Positions 1-9,806 of a stretch of 64,000 bases of DNA are shown here, piece by piece. The DNA is from an uncultured Clostridia bacterium. Its GTDB lineage: Bacteria; Bacillota; Clostridia; Christensenellales; CAG-138. Where the stretch lies: assembly GCA_944366945.1 (NCBI GenBank), contig CALVWJ010000002.1:43912-107911 (forward strand). The letters are read 5' to 3'. Below the pieces are notes generated by a model. It made no database searches. It saw only the letters and a list, made by a program, of their open reading frames with translations, and was not told the DNA's origin. The translations under genes were made by a program, and so were the position numbers. Position 1 is the first letter of the stretch. Every line of letters starts with the position of its first letter.

Positions 1-1063
1 GGGCGTTCATACGATAAAGAATCGCAAAATCCGAATAGGAGCGGCCATCTCGTATGCCTTCGAGGATTTTATGGCAGATGAAATTGGCCTCATCCCGCTC
101 GGAAGCCGCAATATAATGCTCGATAGGCTCCCCGCCTTCCTGCGCAGTCCAAAGCGTTTTCCGCTTGCGGCTTTTGTTGTTTGCTATGACTGCGTTTGCT
201 GCACCGAGGATTTTGCTGGTGGAGCGGTAATTCTGCTCCAGACGGATCACCTCTGCACCTCCAAAATCCTTTTCAAAGCTCATAATGTTCCGAAGATCTG
301 CTCCACGCCAGCCGTAAATGCTCTGGTCGTCATCGCCCACAACGCAGATGTTGCGGTGTTCCCGGCAGAGGAGTTCCACGAGGCGATACTGCGGCATGTT
401 GGTATCCTGGTATTCATCCACAAGCACATACTTGAACTTATCACGATATTTTTCAAGAATATCTTGATTACCTTCAAGCAATGCAAGCGTTTTTACAAGC
501 AGGTCATCAAAATCAAGCGCGTTCGCTGCCCGCAGGCGCTTTTCGTATTGCCTGTAGACGCGCAGCGTGAGCTTTTCACTATCGGCATACGTTTCTTCCA
601 AAAACTGCTCCGGTGCAAGGGACCTGTTTTTTGCGTTGGAGATGCGCTCCTTCATCTCGCGCTTGGGCATGTTCTTATCATTCATGCCCATATCCTTTAA
701 GATATCGCCGATCACCTTGAGCTGGTCACCATCATCATAGATGGTGAAATTGCGCTCATAGCCCAGGCGTCCGCAATCAATGCGCAGTATTTTAGCGCAG
801 CAGGAATGGAACGTGGTAACCCACATTTCCTCTGCGCCTGTCCCTATGAGCGCTGCTGCGCGCTCACGCATTTCAGCCGCAGCCTTGTTTGTAAACGTAA
901 GCGCAAGGATGTTCCAAGGCTTTACACCATGCTCGATGAGGTTTGCGATACGGTATGTAAGCACGCGCGTTTTCCCGCTACCTGCGCCTGCGAGCACAAG
1001 CAGAGGGCCTTCCAGGCACTCCACTGCAGCGCGTTGTTCTTTGTTCAACATCGAAAGATCCAT
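1..1063 (-). CDS. pcrA: ATP-dependent DNA helicase, PcrA/UvrD family, N-terminal part (3' end runs off the window)
   Basis: It is absent from the ORF track because it is truncated. The reverse complement from the ATG at 1061-1063 reads MDLSMLNKEQRAAVECLEGPLLVLAGAGSGKTRVLTYRIANLIE (Walker A). The reverse complement of 401-430 reads YVLVDEYQDT (helicase motif II). Plus-strand ORFs 71..700 and 780..1145 are antisense shadows. Confidence 0.9.
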   Translation of the reverse strand, partial: MDLSMLNKEQRAAVECLEGPLLVLAGAGSGKTRVLTYRIANLIEHGVKPWNILALTFTNKAAAEMRERAAALIGTGAEEMWVTTFHSCCAKILRIDCGRLGYERNFTIYDDGDQLKVIGDILKDMGMNDKNMPKREMKERISNAKNRSLAPEQFLEETYADSEKLTLRVYRQYEKRLRAANALDFDDLLVKTLALLEGNQDILEKYRDKFKYVLVDEYQDTNMPQYRLVELLCREHRNICVVGDDDQSIYGWRGADLRNIMSFEKDFGGAEVIRLEQNYRSTSKILGAANAVIANNKSRKRKTLWTAQEGGEPIEHYIAASERDEANFICHKILEGIRDGRSYSDFAILYRMNA

Positions 1064-1269
1064 GCTGTATGGCTTCCCTTCTTTTGTGCAGTATGAGAAC
1101 AGGCACCCGCGCAAAGATACGCGAAGCCTAACCAATTTATTATAGCACACAAAATTTGGTTACGGAAACAAAAAACAGCATAAAACGTAAAATCCTGCGC
1201 CCCTTTGCACCTGCAAATCGCGGCATTGTCGCTTAACCTAAAGCGTATATTCCTGCTTATTAGGCAGCA

Positions 1270-2667
1270 TTACCAGACTTGCCACCGCATTACGAAAGCA
1301 TTAAGATAAAGCAGCGATAAAAGCAGGCTAATAAGTGATGCTGCCATATCAAGCATCGGCTTCCTCGTAAGCTTGGCAACAGCTAGTGGCACAGGGATAA
1401 GCGCGATTAAGTATCTTGGCGCGCTCAAAAGCCAGGTAGCGCCTATTGCTATTATAAAGTATGAAAGATACCACGCTGAATAGCTTGGCCGCAATTGCTT
1501 CACAGCCAAAAGCATAATTACAAGGCTCAAAAAGCTCGCTGCCAAGTTGGGAATCCATAGTCCAAGCAGATTATGCGTATTTGTTCCATAGCACTTTATT
1601 GCCATTTCAAGCTGGTAGCATGCAGTATTAAAGAACCATCCCAAATGCTGACTCCAATGCACGCTTTGATATTCCATAAATTTAAACGGATCACCTGCCA
1701 CGATGTAATTTATATAGCAATATGCAGCAAACCCTATGGGCACGAGGAACAAGGCGGCAAATTGCAGCATAAACCGTTTTAGGAAGGCCTTTGATTTAAC
1801 CTCTCCCCTTTCCCGCACAAAGTTCGAAACCAATTCAAAAAAAAGCGGGACAAATAGGGTAAGGCCAAGTGAGCGCGTAAACGAAGCCATTGCGCCAAAC
1901 AGGCAGCCGCGCACCCATTTTTTCGTTCTTGCGCAATAAATGCAAGCCGCACACAAAAGTAGAAAAAGGCTCTCGCTCATAGGAGCTACGAAGAAAAATG
2001 ATCCCGGAAGCAGGCAGAAATACTTGATTGTTCGGATGGCATCGGAGTGAGGCGAGTCAAGCCGGAGCAAGCGGTAGATTATGCAGCCGGCGCCTGCAAA
2101 GGAAAACGCGGAAACGAGCATGCCCGCATAAAGCACATTGTTTACAATCGTGTTGAGAAGCCGCACTGTAAGCGGATAACCCGGGAGAAAAACCAACTGA
2201 ACAAGCCTTTCCCATGGGCCTTCTGAAAGATACCAGTCCCGCGCGATGTCAAGATAATGCCCGCTGTCCGTGCACGTCCAAAACGAAAGATCGTTGCAGA
2301 ACGATTCCGCATAGCCCATGGCGCGGCGCAATAAGAATACGAGCAGCACAACAAAAGCATCCACCAGCAGCAGGGAAAGAAAAATCCTCCATTCAACGTG
2401 CTTTGGCGGCACATCCTCCAACAACCTTGCCGCTTTCCATTTTACGTTTGCATTAGGCGTTTTGCGCCAAAACTGCATCCATTCCGGAACGAATCGCAGG
2501 CAAACAGCCGCAAACAAGGCTGCACTCAAAAACGCTGAAATCCTCCCGGCCATGCTAGCGGCGCCGCTGTTGCAAAGCCAACATAGGAATGCTGTTACCA
2601 GCCCTGCCAACCCAATCGAAGAAATCCAAAACTCCGGTTTTTGATAACGTTTTTTCATTTTTGGCAT
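1270..2667 (-). CDS. multi-pass integral membrane protein, possibly a GT-C/PIG-V-like glycosyltransferase
   Basis: The 465-aa ORF has many hydrophobic segments and an FLPGYPL-type motif reminiscent of PIG-V/mannosyltransferase families. The product assignment is weak. Confidence 0.6.
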   Translation of the reverse strand: MPKMKKRYQKPEFWISSIGLAGLVTAFLCWLCNSGAASMAGRISAFLSAALFAAVCLRFVPEWMQFWRKTPNANVKWKAARLLEDVPPKHVEWRIFLSLLLVDAFVVLLVFLLRRAMGYAESFCNDLSFWTCTDSGHYLDIARDWYLSEGPWERLVQLVFLPGYPLTVRLLNTIVNNVLYAGMLVSAFSFAGAGCIIYRLLRLDSPHSDAIRTIKYFCLLPGSFFFVAPMSESLFLLLCAACIYCARTKKWVRGCLFGAMASFTRSLGLTLFVPLFFELVSNFVRERGEVKSKAFLKRFMLQFAALFLVPIGFAAYCYINYIVAGDPFKFMEYQSVHWSQHLGWFFNTACYQLEMAIKCYGTNTHNLLGLWIPNLAASFLSLVIMLLAVKQLRPSYSAWYLSYFIIAIGATWLLSAPRYLIALIPVPLAVAKLTRKPMLDMAASLISLLLSLLYLNAFVMRWQVW

Positions 2668-2739
2668 CGTTTATTACAGGGTCATGCCAAACGGCGTTTT
2701 TTCATGGCCCGTAAACTCCTTTTTTATGTTTTGTCCTTG

Positions 2740-4191
2740 CTACACTGTAACGGTGCAGCGATTGATGTGGATGGAACCTGCCGATACATTTACGATAAAG
2801 AACGCATAGCGTCCATCTTCTGGAATGCTGAGTGCCAGCGTTGTAATTCCGCTTGCAATGCGTGGCATGGATGCCACTTCATAGACGCCGTCTTTCAGAT
2901 ACCCCACATACAGGCTCCACCCGTTTCCTTCGCCTAGAACACGCTCCACATGAAGGCAAAGCGTTACGGTTTGCCCCGCTTTTAAATCCCATGTCCCACC
3001 AGCATTCGTGTAAACTGCCATTTGCGCATTTCTTTCCTCATGCGCTGGAGCAGTTCCGTCCACGCAATTGAGCGTTTCACTGTAAAACTCGGTATGGCCA
3101 ATCATAGCACGTACATAGCCATCGTACGCTGCGTCGTTTCGATTGGCGTAAATGATTGTTCCGCCGCTAGTGAGTATTTCTTCTTCATGCGCTGTTTGCG
3201 TGCTTTCTCCGGCGTTAGAGTCGCCAGATGCCGCAAAAGTAGTTGTGACCCCCAACACCAGCAACACAGCCGCAGCTACGGCCAATGCAGAGGCTTTCTT
3301 GTACTTCATGATCGAGATAATCCTTTCCTCTGCGGCATTGCGGCTAAAATAGTTGCCAATGGGAGAATCCTTACTCCTCGTCTCAGCCATTTGAATAAGC
3401 GAATAAGCATATGCCTTTTTTTCTTTTATCCCCCCGCCCAAATGCCGCAATACTAGTTCGTCGCAGGCAAGCTCCAGATCCCGGTTGAGCAGTGCCAGCA
3501 TCATCCACACCAGGGGGTTCATCCAATGGATGCAGGCTGCGCAGATGGCAAACAGTTTCCACACCATATCAAAACGGCGAATATGGAAAAACTCATGCGT
3601 AAGAACGTAGTTCAAAATCGGCGAGTTTCCTTCTCCCATCGTTTTAGGGAGGATGATGCGGGGACGGAAAATGCCGATTGCAAGCGGGCTTGTGACCCTT
3701 TCTGATTGCAGAATCCGAAGTGGTCTAACGAGTTTGTGCGAAGACCTCCATTCCGTAAGCGCAGCGTTTTCCTCAAGGGGAATGGCAAAGCGAAGCTCTC
3801 GATAGGTTTTTAAAATCAGTACGGCAAAAACGGAAAAAAGAACAACCATGATGGAAAACCACACCATCGCAATGGCCGAAGGTGCACACCATGCCAGTTT
3901 TTCCATGTTTGCTCCGGCTAGCAGCTGCGGTAGCATTTCATCCAGCGCAACGGCAGCCTTATACCGCGTAGCATTGGAGTAGGCGCTGCTAGAATCCAGC
4001 AAACTACCCAAAATGCCATAAATGCTCCATTTTGTCGAAAAGGAAAGCGGAATAAGAAGCCGCGCCAGCGCAACGACCCACAGCCCCAAAATGCCCTCTT
4101 TCGGCAGTTTGTTTTGGGCGGTAACGCGAACGATTGCTGTTATAACAATAATCAGCCCGCCCTGGACGCTCATTTGCAGCAATGTCATCAT
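2740..4191 (-). CDS. BlaR1/MecR1-family M56 peptidase signal transducer with a non-PBP C-terminal domain
   Basis: It has N-terminal TM segments and the zinc motif HEFFHIRRFD (HExxH). It lies directly downstream of a BlaI-type repressor. The start is uncertain: ATG-ATG at 4186-4191 or TTG at 4212. Confidence 0.85.
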   Translation of the reverse strand: MMTLLQMSVQGGLIIVITAIVRVTAQNKLPKEGILGLWVVALARLLIPLSFSTKWSIYGILGSLLDSSSAYSNATRYKAAVALDEMLPQLLAGANMEKLAWCAPSAIAMVWFSIMVVLFSVFAVLILKTYRELRFAIPLEENAALTEWRSSHKLVRPLRILQSERVTSPLAIGIFRPRIILPKTMGEGNSPILNYVLTHEFFHIRRFDMVWKLFAICAACIHWMNPLVWMMLALLNRDLELACDELVLRHLGGGIKEKKAYAYSLIQMAETRSKDSPIGNYFSRNAAEERIISIMKYKKASALAVAAAVLLVLGVTTTFAASGDSNAGESTQTAHEEEILTSGGTIIYANRNDAAYDGYVRAMIGHTEFYSETLNCVDGTAPAHEERNAQMAVYTNAGGTWDLKAGQTVTLCLHVERVLGEGNGWSLYVGYLKDGVYEVASMPRIASGITTLALSIPEDGRYAFFIVNVSAGSIHINRCTVTV

Positions 4192-4195
4192 CGTA

Positions 4196-4555
4196 TTATT
4201 CCAAGCTTTCAACCAGCTGTTTCAAACGGTCAATTTCAGCGTTTGACAGTTTTTTCCCGCTTAGATAGGCCGACAAAAACAGTTCCGCAGAGCCGTTGAA
4301 CAATTTGTCGATCAGCGCTGTTGTCTCCTGTTGTTGCACTTCCTCTTTGCTGATACATGCATGGCAAGTAAAATTGGGTTCACTTCGCGCAACCGCGCCT
4401 TTCTCAATAAGCTTTTTGATTACGGTATATGTCGTATTGCGGTTCCAGCCGGTTTGAGCATGAAGGGCCTTTGCAAGCTGCCCTGCCGTAAGATCTCCCT
4501 TCTGCCACAAGTGCTCCATAACTTTTAGTTCTGAATCAAACAGCTTCAATTCCAT
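4196..4555 (-). CDS. BlaI/MecI/CopY-family transcriptional repressor
   Basis: MELKLFDSELKVMEHLWQKGDLTAGQLAKAL... is a typical winged-helix penicillinase-repressor N-terminus. The ATG at 4553-4555 is preceded by GGAGGT. The longer track ORF reaching 4612 is over-extended. Confidence 0.9.
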   Translation of the reverse strand: MELKLFDSELKVMEHLWQKGDLTAGQLAKALHAQTGWNRNTTYTVIKKLIEKGAVARSEPNFTCHACISKEEVQQQETTALIDKLFNGSAELFLSAYLSGKKLSNAEIDRLKQLVESLE

Positions 4556-4570
4556 GATATACCTCCGCAG

Positions 4571-4609
4571 ACTATTGTAATAGTCATATAAAGATACTAT
4601 CATAATAGT
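4571..4609 (-). promoter_or_regulatory. two related dyads (ACTATTGTAATAGT and ACTATCATAATAGT) overlapping the putative blaI promoter; probable BlaI operators
   Basis: The dyads sit at 4571-4584 and 4596-4609, 16-54 nt upstream of the blaI ATG. The proximal dyad contains a TACAAT -10-like hexamer on the minus strand. Confidence 0.55.
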
Positions 4610-4654
4610 CATCCATTGTCAATGACGATTTAAATCGTCACACCGTGGAATTAT

Positions 4655-4685
4655 AAAAAAGCAGCATGGCATTTTTCCATGCTGC
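4655..4685 (-). terminator. intrinsic terminator downstream of the small membrane-protein gene
   Basis: The stem is GCAGCATGG/CCATGCTGC. On the minus strand it is followed by TTTTTT. Confidence 0.75.
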
Positions 4686-4764
4686 CCTTTCTTACACGAA
4701 TCTGCATGCATCAACTTTTCTGGAACATGCTTCCCCCGCGGCCCGATTTTAGGTTGATTGGACC

Positions 4765-5076
4765 TCACTTAAAATATTTCTTGTTCGTTTTATAGGAGGC
4801 CACGCAGCATGCAATTCCAACTGCAATGGCGATCCCCAGCCAAACATAACTCAACCAGACCACGCTATTGAATCCAAGGATGAGGTAGATTGCGCAAAAC
4901 GCAAAATCTGCGCTCCAAACCAGGTTGATCCGGCCATTTTCGACGCACCATGCTTTCCTATCCTGCACATCTTCAATGGCAGTTTGTGCCGTGACCGGAA
5001 CCACCTTGCCACGGATCATCAAAATGCCTTTCACGAGCATATAAACCGCACAGAAGCAAACTAAAATCGTCAGCAT
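4765..5076 (-). CDS. small membrane protein, unknown function
   Basis: MLTILVCFCAVYMLVKG... has 3 hydrophobic segments. The ATG at 5074-5076 is preceded by AAGGAGGAAA. Confidence 0.6.
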   Translation of the reverse strand: MLTILVCFCAVYMLVKGILMIRGKVVPVTAQTAIEDVQDRKAWCVENGRINLVWSADFAFCAIYLILGFNSVVWLSYVWLGIAIAVGIACCVASYKTNKKYFK

Positions 5077-5099
5077 GCATTTTCCTCCTTGGTTGGAAT

Positions 5100-7505
5100 T
5101 CACGCGCGTAGCTGAGCGCCAAGTTGCGACGCAAGGGTTTCTATAATGCACTGCATCGCCTTTTGGATTTCATCATCCTTAAGCGTATGATCCGCAGCCG
5201 ATAGCGTGAACGAATATGCCATGCTCTTTTTTCCCTTCGGAATGCCGGCTCCGCGATATACATCAAACAGTTCTACATCGCCGACGGCTACTTCAATCGG
5301 CGCTTTCTGGATGGCTTCCTTTACAGCAGCAGCAGTTACGGTTTCCGCCACCACAATGGCAATATCACGCGGCACCTTGGGGAAACGGGGCAGCGGCTCA
5401 TAATTGCGCTTCCCACCCTTATGCGCGCGCAGCTTCTCCACATTGATCTCGGCATAATATACCCGCTGTGGAATGTCCCATGCCTTTTGCACCTTCGGAT
5501 GAATCGCTCCGAATTCGCCGACAACCTCGCCATCCGCGCGCAAAAGCGCCTTCTGCCCCGGCTGGAAATATTCTCCCCCTCCGGGTTCAACCGTGCAGCG
5601 TTCGAGCATGTTAAACGTTTCAAGCACCGCCTCAATGCTGCCCTTTAAGGTGAAGAAATTTTCGTCCTCTCCGCTGAAGGCAAGTGCCAGCATCTTCCGT
5701 TCCTCCGGCAGATCTGGGTTGTTGTCCAAATGGATATTCCCTACCTCAAAGAAACGCGCCTGGTGCGTTTTGCGGCTGAAATTGCGGGCAAGGGAGTCCA
5801 GCACGCCTGCGAGCAGCGTTGTGCGCATGAGGCTCTGGTCCTCGCCAAACGGGTTGAGCAGCTTCACCGCAAGGCGTTTTTCATCCCCTTCCGGGATGCG
5901 CAGCGCATCGAGTGCAGCGGGGCCCGTAAAGTTATAATTGTACATTTCGCAGCAGCCCTGGGCCACAAGCGTGTCCTTTATGGTATCCTCATCCTTAAGG
6001 TCTTCGCCAATTCTACCGCGGAAGGTATTGCCCCGCATCAGCGTGGGCGGGATATTATCGTAACCATAAATGCGGCCTACTTCTTCTGCGATGTCCCAAT
6101 CCGCCTCGATGCCGCTTTCGATATCCGTGCGGAAATGCGGCACGCGGACGCGCAGCTTGTCGCCGCACACCTCGGCTTGAATGTTGATGGTTCCAAGCAT
6201 CTCCACCATGCGCTCCGGTGCAAGATCCGTGCTGAGGATTCTGTTCACATGCGCATAATCTACATCGATCACGCGCTCGGAAACATCCGCTGCGCAGACA
6301 TCGATGGGCTCTCCGATCACCTTGCCCGCATGCAGATCATCTACAAGCTCGATCGCCCGTTCCAGCGCAAGGTAAGCATTCACCGGTTCAACGCCTTTGA
6401 TAAAGCGGGCCGCTGCATCCGTTACATGGCGAAGCTTGCGGGTCGTTGCGCGGATGTTGCTGCCCTTAAAGGCCGCAGCCTCAAAGAGCGTTGCTTTTGT
6501 GTGCTCCGTGATCTCAGAATTTTCTCCACCCATTACGCCTGCAATACCAACACCCTTTTCCGGGTCTGCGATGAGGAGCATATCCGGCGTAACTGCGCGC
6601 TCCTTGCCGTCGAGCGTGATGACCTTTTCGTTTTCGTATGCATTGCGCACCACGATGTGGCCATCCGCTACGCAGGCAAGGTCAAATGCATGCATCGGGT
6701 GTCCATATTCAACGAGCACATAGTTCGTAATGTCTACGATGTTGTTAATCGGGCGCATACCTACGGCTCGAAGCCTCCGCTGCATCCACTTGGGCGAGGG
6801 CTCGATCACAAGATCCGTTACGACGCGCGCAGCATAGCGCGGGCAAAGCTCGGAATTTTCAACGGTAACAGAAGCATAGTCCGCCGTGTTGCCCACGCCC
6901 GCCACCGGGCGAATCTTGGGCTCCTGGAATTTCTGCCCAAGTGCGGCTGCAGCTTCGCGGCAGATGCCGATAATGCTCTGGCAATCCGCGCGGTTGGGCG
7001 TCAGCTCAATGTCGAAGATGATGTCATCCATTCCAATGGCGGTCTGGATGGGCTGGCCCAGCGGGTGCGCTTCCTTAAGGATCATGATGCCGTTGTATTC
7101 TGCGCCGGGATAATCCGCTTCCGTCAAGCCCAGCTCTTTACCAGAGCAAAGCATGCCGCAGCTTTCTACGCCGCGCATGTTGGTGGTTTGAATGGTGATC
7201 CCGCCCGCAAGCTTTGCCCCGTCAAGCGCCACGGGTACAAGTGCACCTTCAAACACGTTGGTTGCGCCTGTTATGATGCAAAGCGGCGCTTCCCCACCCA
7301 CATCGATGGTGCAGATCTGCAACTTATCTGCATTGGGATGCTTTGCGAGTGCATCAATACGCCCCACAACAACGCCGGAAATGCCTGGCATTTCCTCCAG
7401 GATGCCCGCGGTTTCAAAGCCGCGCCACATCATGCGCTCCACAAATTCTTCGGGCGTTACATTCCATTCCACATACTCTTTCAACCAGCTCAATGGCAGT
7501 TTCAT
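5100..7505 (-). CDS. pheT: phenylalanine--tRNA ligase beta subunit
   Basis: The 801-aa product starts MKLPLSWLKEYV, the canonical PheT N-terminus, and it follows pheS. Confidence 0.97.
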   Translation of the reverse strand: MKLPLSWLKEYVEWNVTPEEFVERMMWRGFETAGILEEMPGISGVVVGRIDALAKHPNADKLQICTIDVGGEAPLCIITGATNVFEGALVPVALDGAKLAGGITIQTTNMRGVESCGMLCSGKELGLTEADYPGAEYNGIMILKEAHPLGQPIQTAIGMDDIIFDIELTPNRADCQSIIGICREAAAALGQKFQEPKIRPVAGVGNTADYASVTVENSELCPRYAARVVTDLVIEPSPKWMQRRLRAVGMRPINNIVDITNYVLVEYGHPMHAFDLACVADGHIVVRNAYENEKVITLDGKERAVTPDMLLIADPEKGVGIAGVMGGENSEITEHTKATLFEAAAFKGSNIRATTRKLRHVTDAAARFIKGVEPVNAYLALERAIELVDDLHAGKVIGEPIDVCAADVSERVIDVDYAHVNRILSTDLAPERMVEMLGTINIQAEVCGDKLRVRVPHFRTDIESGIEADWDIAEEVGRIYGYDNIPPTLMRGNTFRGRIGEDLKDEDTIKDTLVAQGCCEMYNYNFTGPAALDALRIPEGDEKRLAVKLLNPFGEDQSLMRTTLLAGVLDSLARNFSRKTHQARFFEVGNIHLDNNPDLPEERKMLALAFSGEDENFFTLKGSIEAVLETFNMLERCTVEPGGGEYFQPGQKALLRADGEVVGEFGAIHPKVQKAWDIPQRVYYAEINVEKLRAHKGGKRNYEPLPRFPKVPRDIAIVVAETVTAAAVKEAIQKAPIEVAVGDVELFDVYRGAGIPKGKKSMAYSFTLSAADHTLKDDEIQKAMQCIIETLASQLGAQLRA

Positions 7506-7520
7506 TTTACAATCCCTCCC

Positions 7521-8543
7521 TTAGAATTGGCGCAGGAAACGGGCATCGTTCTCATATTCGAGGCGGATATCCGTAATACCGTATTTAAGGCTTGTAACGC
7601 GATCCACGCCGATGCCGAAGGCGATAGCCTTCCACTCGCGCGGGTCCAGCCCGCAGTTTTCAAGCTCATGCGGGTTTGTGACGCCGCAGCCGAGGATTTC
7701 AATCCAACCCGTGCCCTTGCACACGCGGCAACCCTTTCCGCCGCAGATAGAGCAGGAAATGTCCACCTCCGCAGAGGGCTCCGTGAACGGGAAATAGCTT
7801 GGGCGGAAGCGCGTGCGCACCTCTTCGCCGAACACTGCATGCACGAACGTATCGAGCGTGCCTTTCAAATCGGCCAATGTGATCTCCCGATCCACCACAA
7901 AGCCTTCCATCTGCATGAACACCGGGCTATGGCTTGCATCCACTTCATCCACGCGGAACACGCGGCCAGGCATCACGAGGCGGAACGGAGGCTTCACATT
8001 CAGCAACGCGCGCGCTTCGCAAGGGGAAGTATGCGTGCGCAGCACAACGCGATCGTTGACATAGAAAGTATCCTGCATGTCGCGCGCGGGGTGATCCAAC
8101 GGCAGATTCAGCTTGGTGAAGTTATAATCGTCATATTCGATTTCGGGGCCTCCAAACGTGGTAAAGCCCATGCCGATGAGCGCATCGCGGATCTCGCGGT
8201 AGGTTTTGGTCATCGGGTGCAAATGCCCTGCAGGCAATCTGCGTTTGCCGGGCTCCGTTACATCCAGCGCTTCCTCGGCAAAGCGGCGCTCCAGCATCAT
8301 CTCCGCGATTTCCTCGCGCCGCGCGCCAATAGCCTCTTCAAGCTCCTTTTTTACGGCGTTGGATGCCTGCCCCAGCTTGGCCCGCTGTTCTTTATCCAGC
8401 TTGCCCATGCCGCGCAGGATTTCCGTTAAAGCGCCGTTGCGCCCCAGCACGGAAACGTTAAGCGCCTCCAACTCCTTTTCTTCGCGCACCTCTTTGAGGC
8501 GGGCAAGTGTTTCCTGCTTGATTCTTTGCAGTGCTTCGTCCAT
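7521..8543 (-). CDS. pheS: phenylalanine--tRNA ligase alpha subunit
   Basis: The product MDEALQRIKQETLARL... contains class II aaRS motifs (FRVDEVDASHSPVFMQMEG, GIGVDR). The ATG at 8541-8543 follows GGAGG. Confidence 0.96.
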   Translation of the reverse strand: MDEALQRIKQETLARLKEVREEKELEALNVSVLGRNGALTEILRGMGKLDKEQRAKLGQASNAVKKELEEAIGARREEIAEMMLERRFAEEALDVTEPGKRRLPAGHLHPMTKTYREIRDALIGMGFTTFGGPEIEYDDYNFTKLNLPLDHPARDMQDTFYVNDRVVLRTHTSPCEARALLNVKPPFRLVMPGRVFRVDEVDASHSPVFMQMEGFVVDREITLADLKGTLDTFVHAVFGEEVRTRFRPSYFPFTEPSAEVDISCSICGGKGCRVCKGTGWIEILGCGVTNPHELENCGLDPREWKAIAFGIGVDRVTSLKYGITDIRLEYENDARFLRQF

Positions 8544-8561
8544 TGCGAACCTCCGAATCAT

Positions 8562-8805
8562 GAAAATAAAATAAGCGCGCCTCGTCGAAGGGACGAAGGC
8601 GCGCTCGTGGTACCACCCTAATTCACCCCGCCAGCACGGGGCCTTTTCCGCTATAACGGGCTTACCCGGCACCGACTACGCACCTGCAATGTGCAGGCTT
8701 CCCCGGCACGGCTTGGGAGCGAACTTCCTGCGCCGCCCTTCCACAGGCCGCTTTCAGCTTTGCGGCCCTCTCTGAAGCGGACAAACGACGCTTTTACTCC
8801 GTCAA
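8562..8805 (-). promoter_or_regulatory. T-box leader (Phe specifier UUC) controlling pheST
   Basis: The minus strand reads AATTAGGGTGGTACCACGAGCGCGCC (T-box sequence, 8609-8623). This overlaps a terminator, GCGCGCCTTCGTC...GACGAGGCGCGC plus a U-tract (8562-8604). Stem I has an AGAGAG motif and the specifier region GGAAGTTCG, with TTC at 8721-8723. Confidence 0.9.
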
Positions 8806-8824
8806 CGCCTATATTCCTTGCTAC

Positions 8825-8853
8825 AGCATACCACAAAGCCAACCATTTTTCAA
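8825..8853 (-). promoter_or_regulatory. sigma-A-type promoter for the pheST leader
   Basis: The minus strand reads TTGAAA, a 17-nt spacer, then TATGCT with an upstream TG. Confidence 0.5.
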
Positions 8854-8956
8854 TGGCTGAATTGCACAATTTCGCTGTTTTTCCAACGTTTTTTCGCACT
8901 TAGAGGAAGTTTCCTTGCGGCAAAAGCGTTCCATTAAGCCTTATTCTGCCCCCGCT

Positions 8957-9775
8957 TTATTCTATGGCTTCTGCAACGCTTAAAAACTCTGCCGGAAGCG
9001 ATCCGCCATATTCGCTGATCTCATAGGTTTCAACGTTGCGGATCCGCTCCGCATCCATGCCATATTTTTTTGCCAGTGCATCGCAGACTTCTGCGCGCTG
9101 ATTTTGGCCTGCCCGGTGGTAACGTTGCGCGAGATCCGCAATCTGCTGCTCCCGCGGCCACCCGATCCGCTCCACGCGATCCGGCCAGTACATCCAATCG
9201 AAATACTGGCATACATGGCAGCTGGCAAGCTGCACCTTGAAATCCACCCGCGCATCTGAAACCGGCACAATTACATCCGCCACATGCGCATAAGGCTTTT
9301 TAAAATCATCCGCCCAAAACAGAATGGCAGGCGTGTGCATAAGATACGGCGTGTCCGCGCAAATATGCGGGACCGTAAGCAGGAAGGATGCATCCTGCAC
9401 CAGCAACGACACTGTTCTGTGATCTACATGATAATCGTTGGGGCGGTTCGTTAGGATCACATCCGGTTTAAAACGGCGGATATACCGGATGAGATGCTCG
9501 CGCGCTTGAAGCGTTGCCTCAAGGCGGCCGTCCGGATAATCCAGCACATCATACCGCCCGCCAAGCAGCCTGCCGCTCGCCGCAGCTTCACTGCGGCGCT
9601 GAAGCTTTACTTCTTCTGCTGCTTCCTCCATATGATAGGTGCCTGCGCTCCCATCCGTCAACGAAAGCAGGCGCACCAGCCAGCCTGCATCGCGCAGTTT
9701 GGAAAGCAGCCCGCCCGAATAGGTATCCGCATCATCCGGATGCGCGCCGATGCTTAAAATCCTTTTCTGTTCCAT
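8957..9775 (-). CDS. PIG-L/LmbE-family N-acetylglucosaminyl deacetylase
   Basis: MEQKRILSIGAHPDDADTYSGG matches the AHPDD signature. The ATG at 9773-9775 follows GGGAGGA. Confidence 0.85.
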   Translation of the reverse strand: MEQKRILSIGAHPDDADTYSGGLLSKLRDAGWLVRLLSLTDGSAGTYHMEEAAEEVKLQRRSEAAASGRLLGGRYDVLDYPDGRLEATLQAREHLIRYIRRFKPDVILTNRPNDYHVDHRTVSLLVQDASFLLTVPHICADTPYLMHTPAILFWADDFKKPYAHVADVIVPVSDARVDFKVQLASCHVCQYFDWMYWPDRVERIGWPREQQIADLAQRYHRAGQNQRAEVCDALAKKYGMDAERIRNVETYEISEYGGSLPAEFLSVAEAIE

Positions 9776-9806
9776 GCAATCCTCCCGTTTGAATTCTCGT
9801 TCAACA

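Noticed and set aside
71-1145. Plus-strand ORFs 71..700, 780..1145 and 806..1096.
   Set aside because: They are antisense shadows of the truncated pcrA gene, whose Walker A and DEYQD motifs read cleanly on the minus strand.
2682-2705. A 7-codon mini-ORF (MKKRRLA) with a good RBS between the BlaR1-like gene and the membrane glycosyltransferase-like gene.
   Set aside because: It is too short to support and has no associated attenuator structure. The AAAAAGGAG may simply be a distant RBS, or it may be there by chance.
5730-8429. An 899-aa plus-strand ORF, plus similar long ORFs at 12382..13209, 14268..16106, 16782..17741, 19906..20865, 25133..26203, 30792..31787, 36255..37400 and 38159..39034.
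   Set aside because: Each lies antisense to a highly recognisable conserved gene (pheST, opp, proS, the M20 amidohydrolase, aspS, hemZ, recJ, scfB). Each has Arg/Ala/His-rich low-complexity composition and no RBS. They are open by chance in GC-rich antisense frames.
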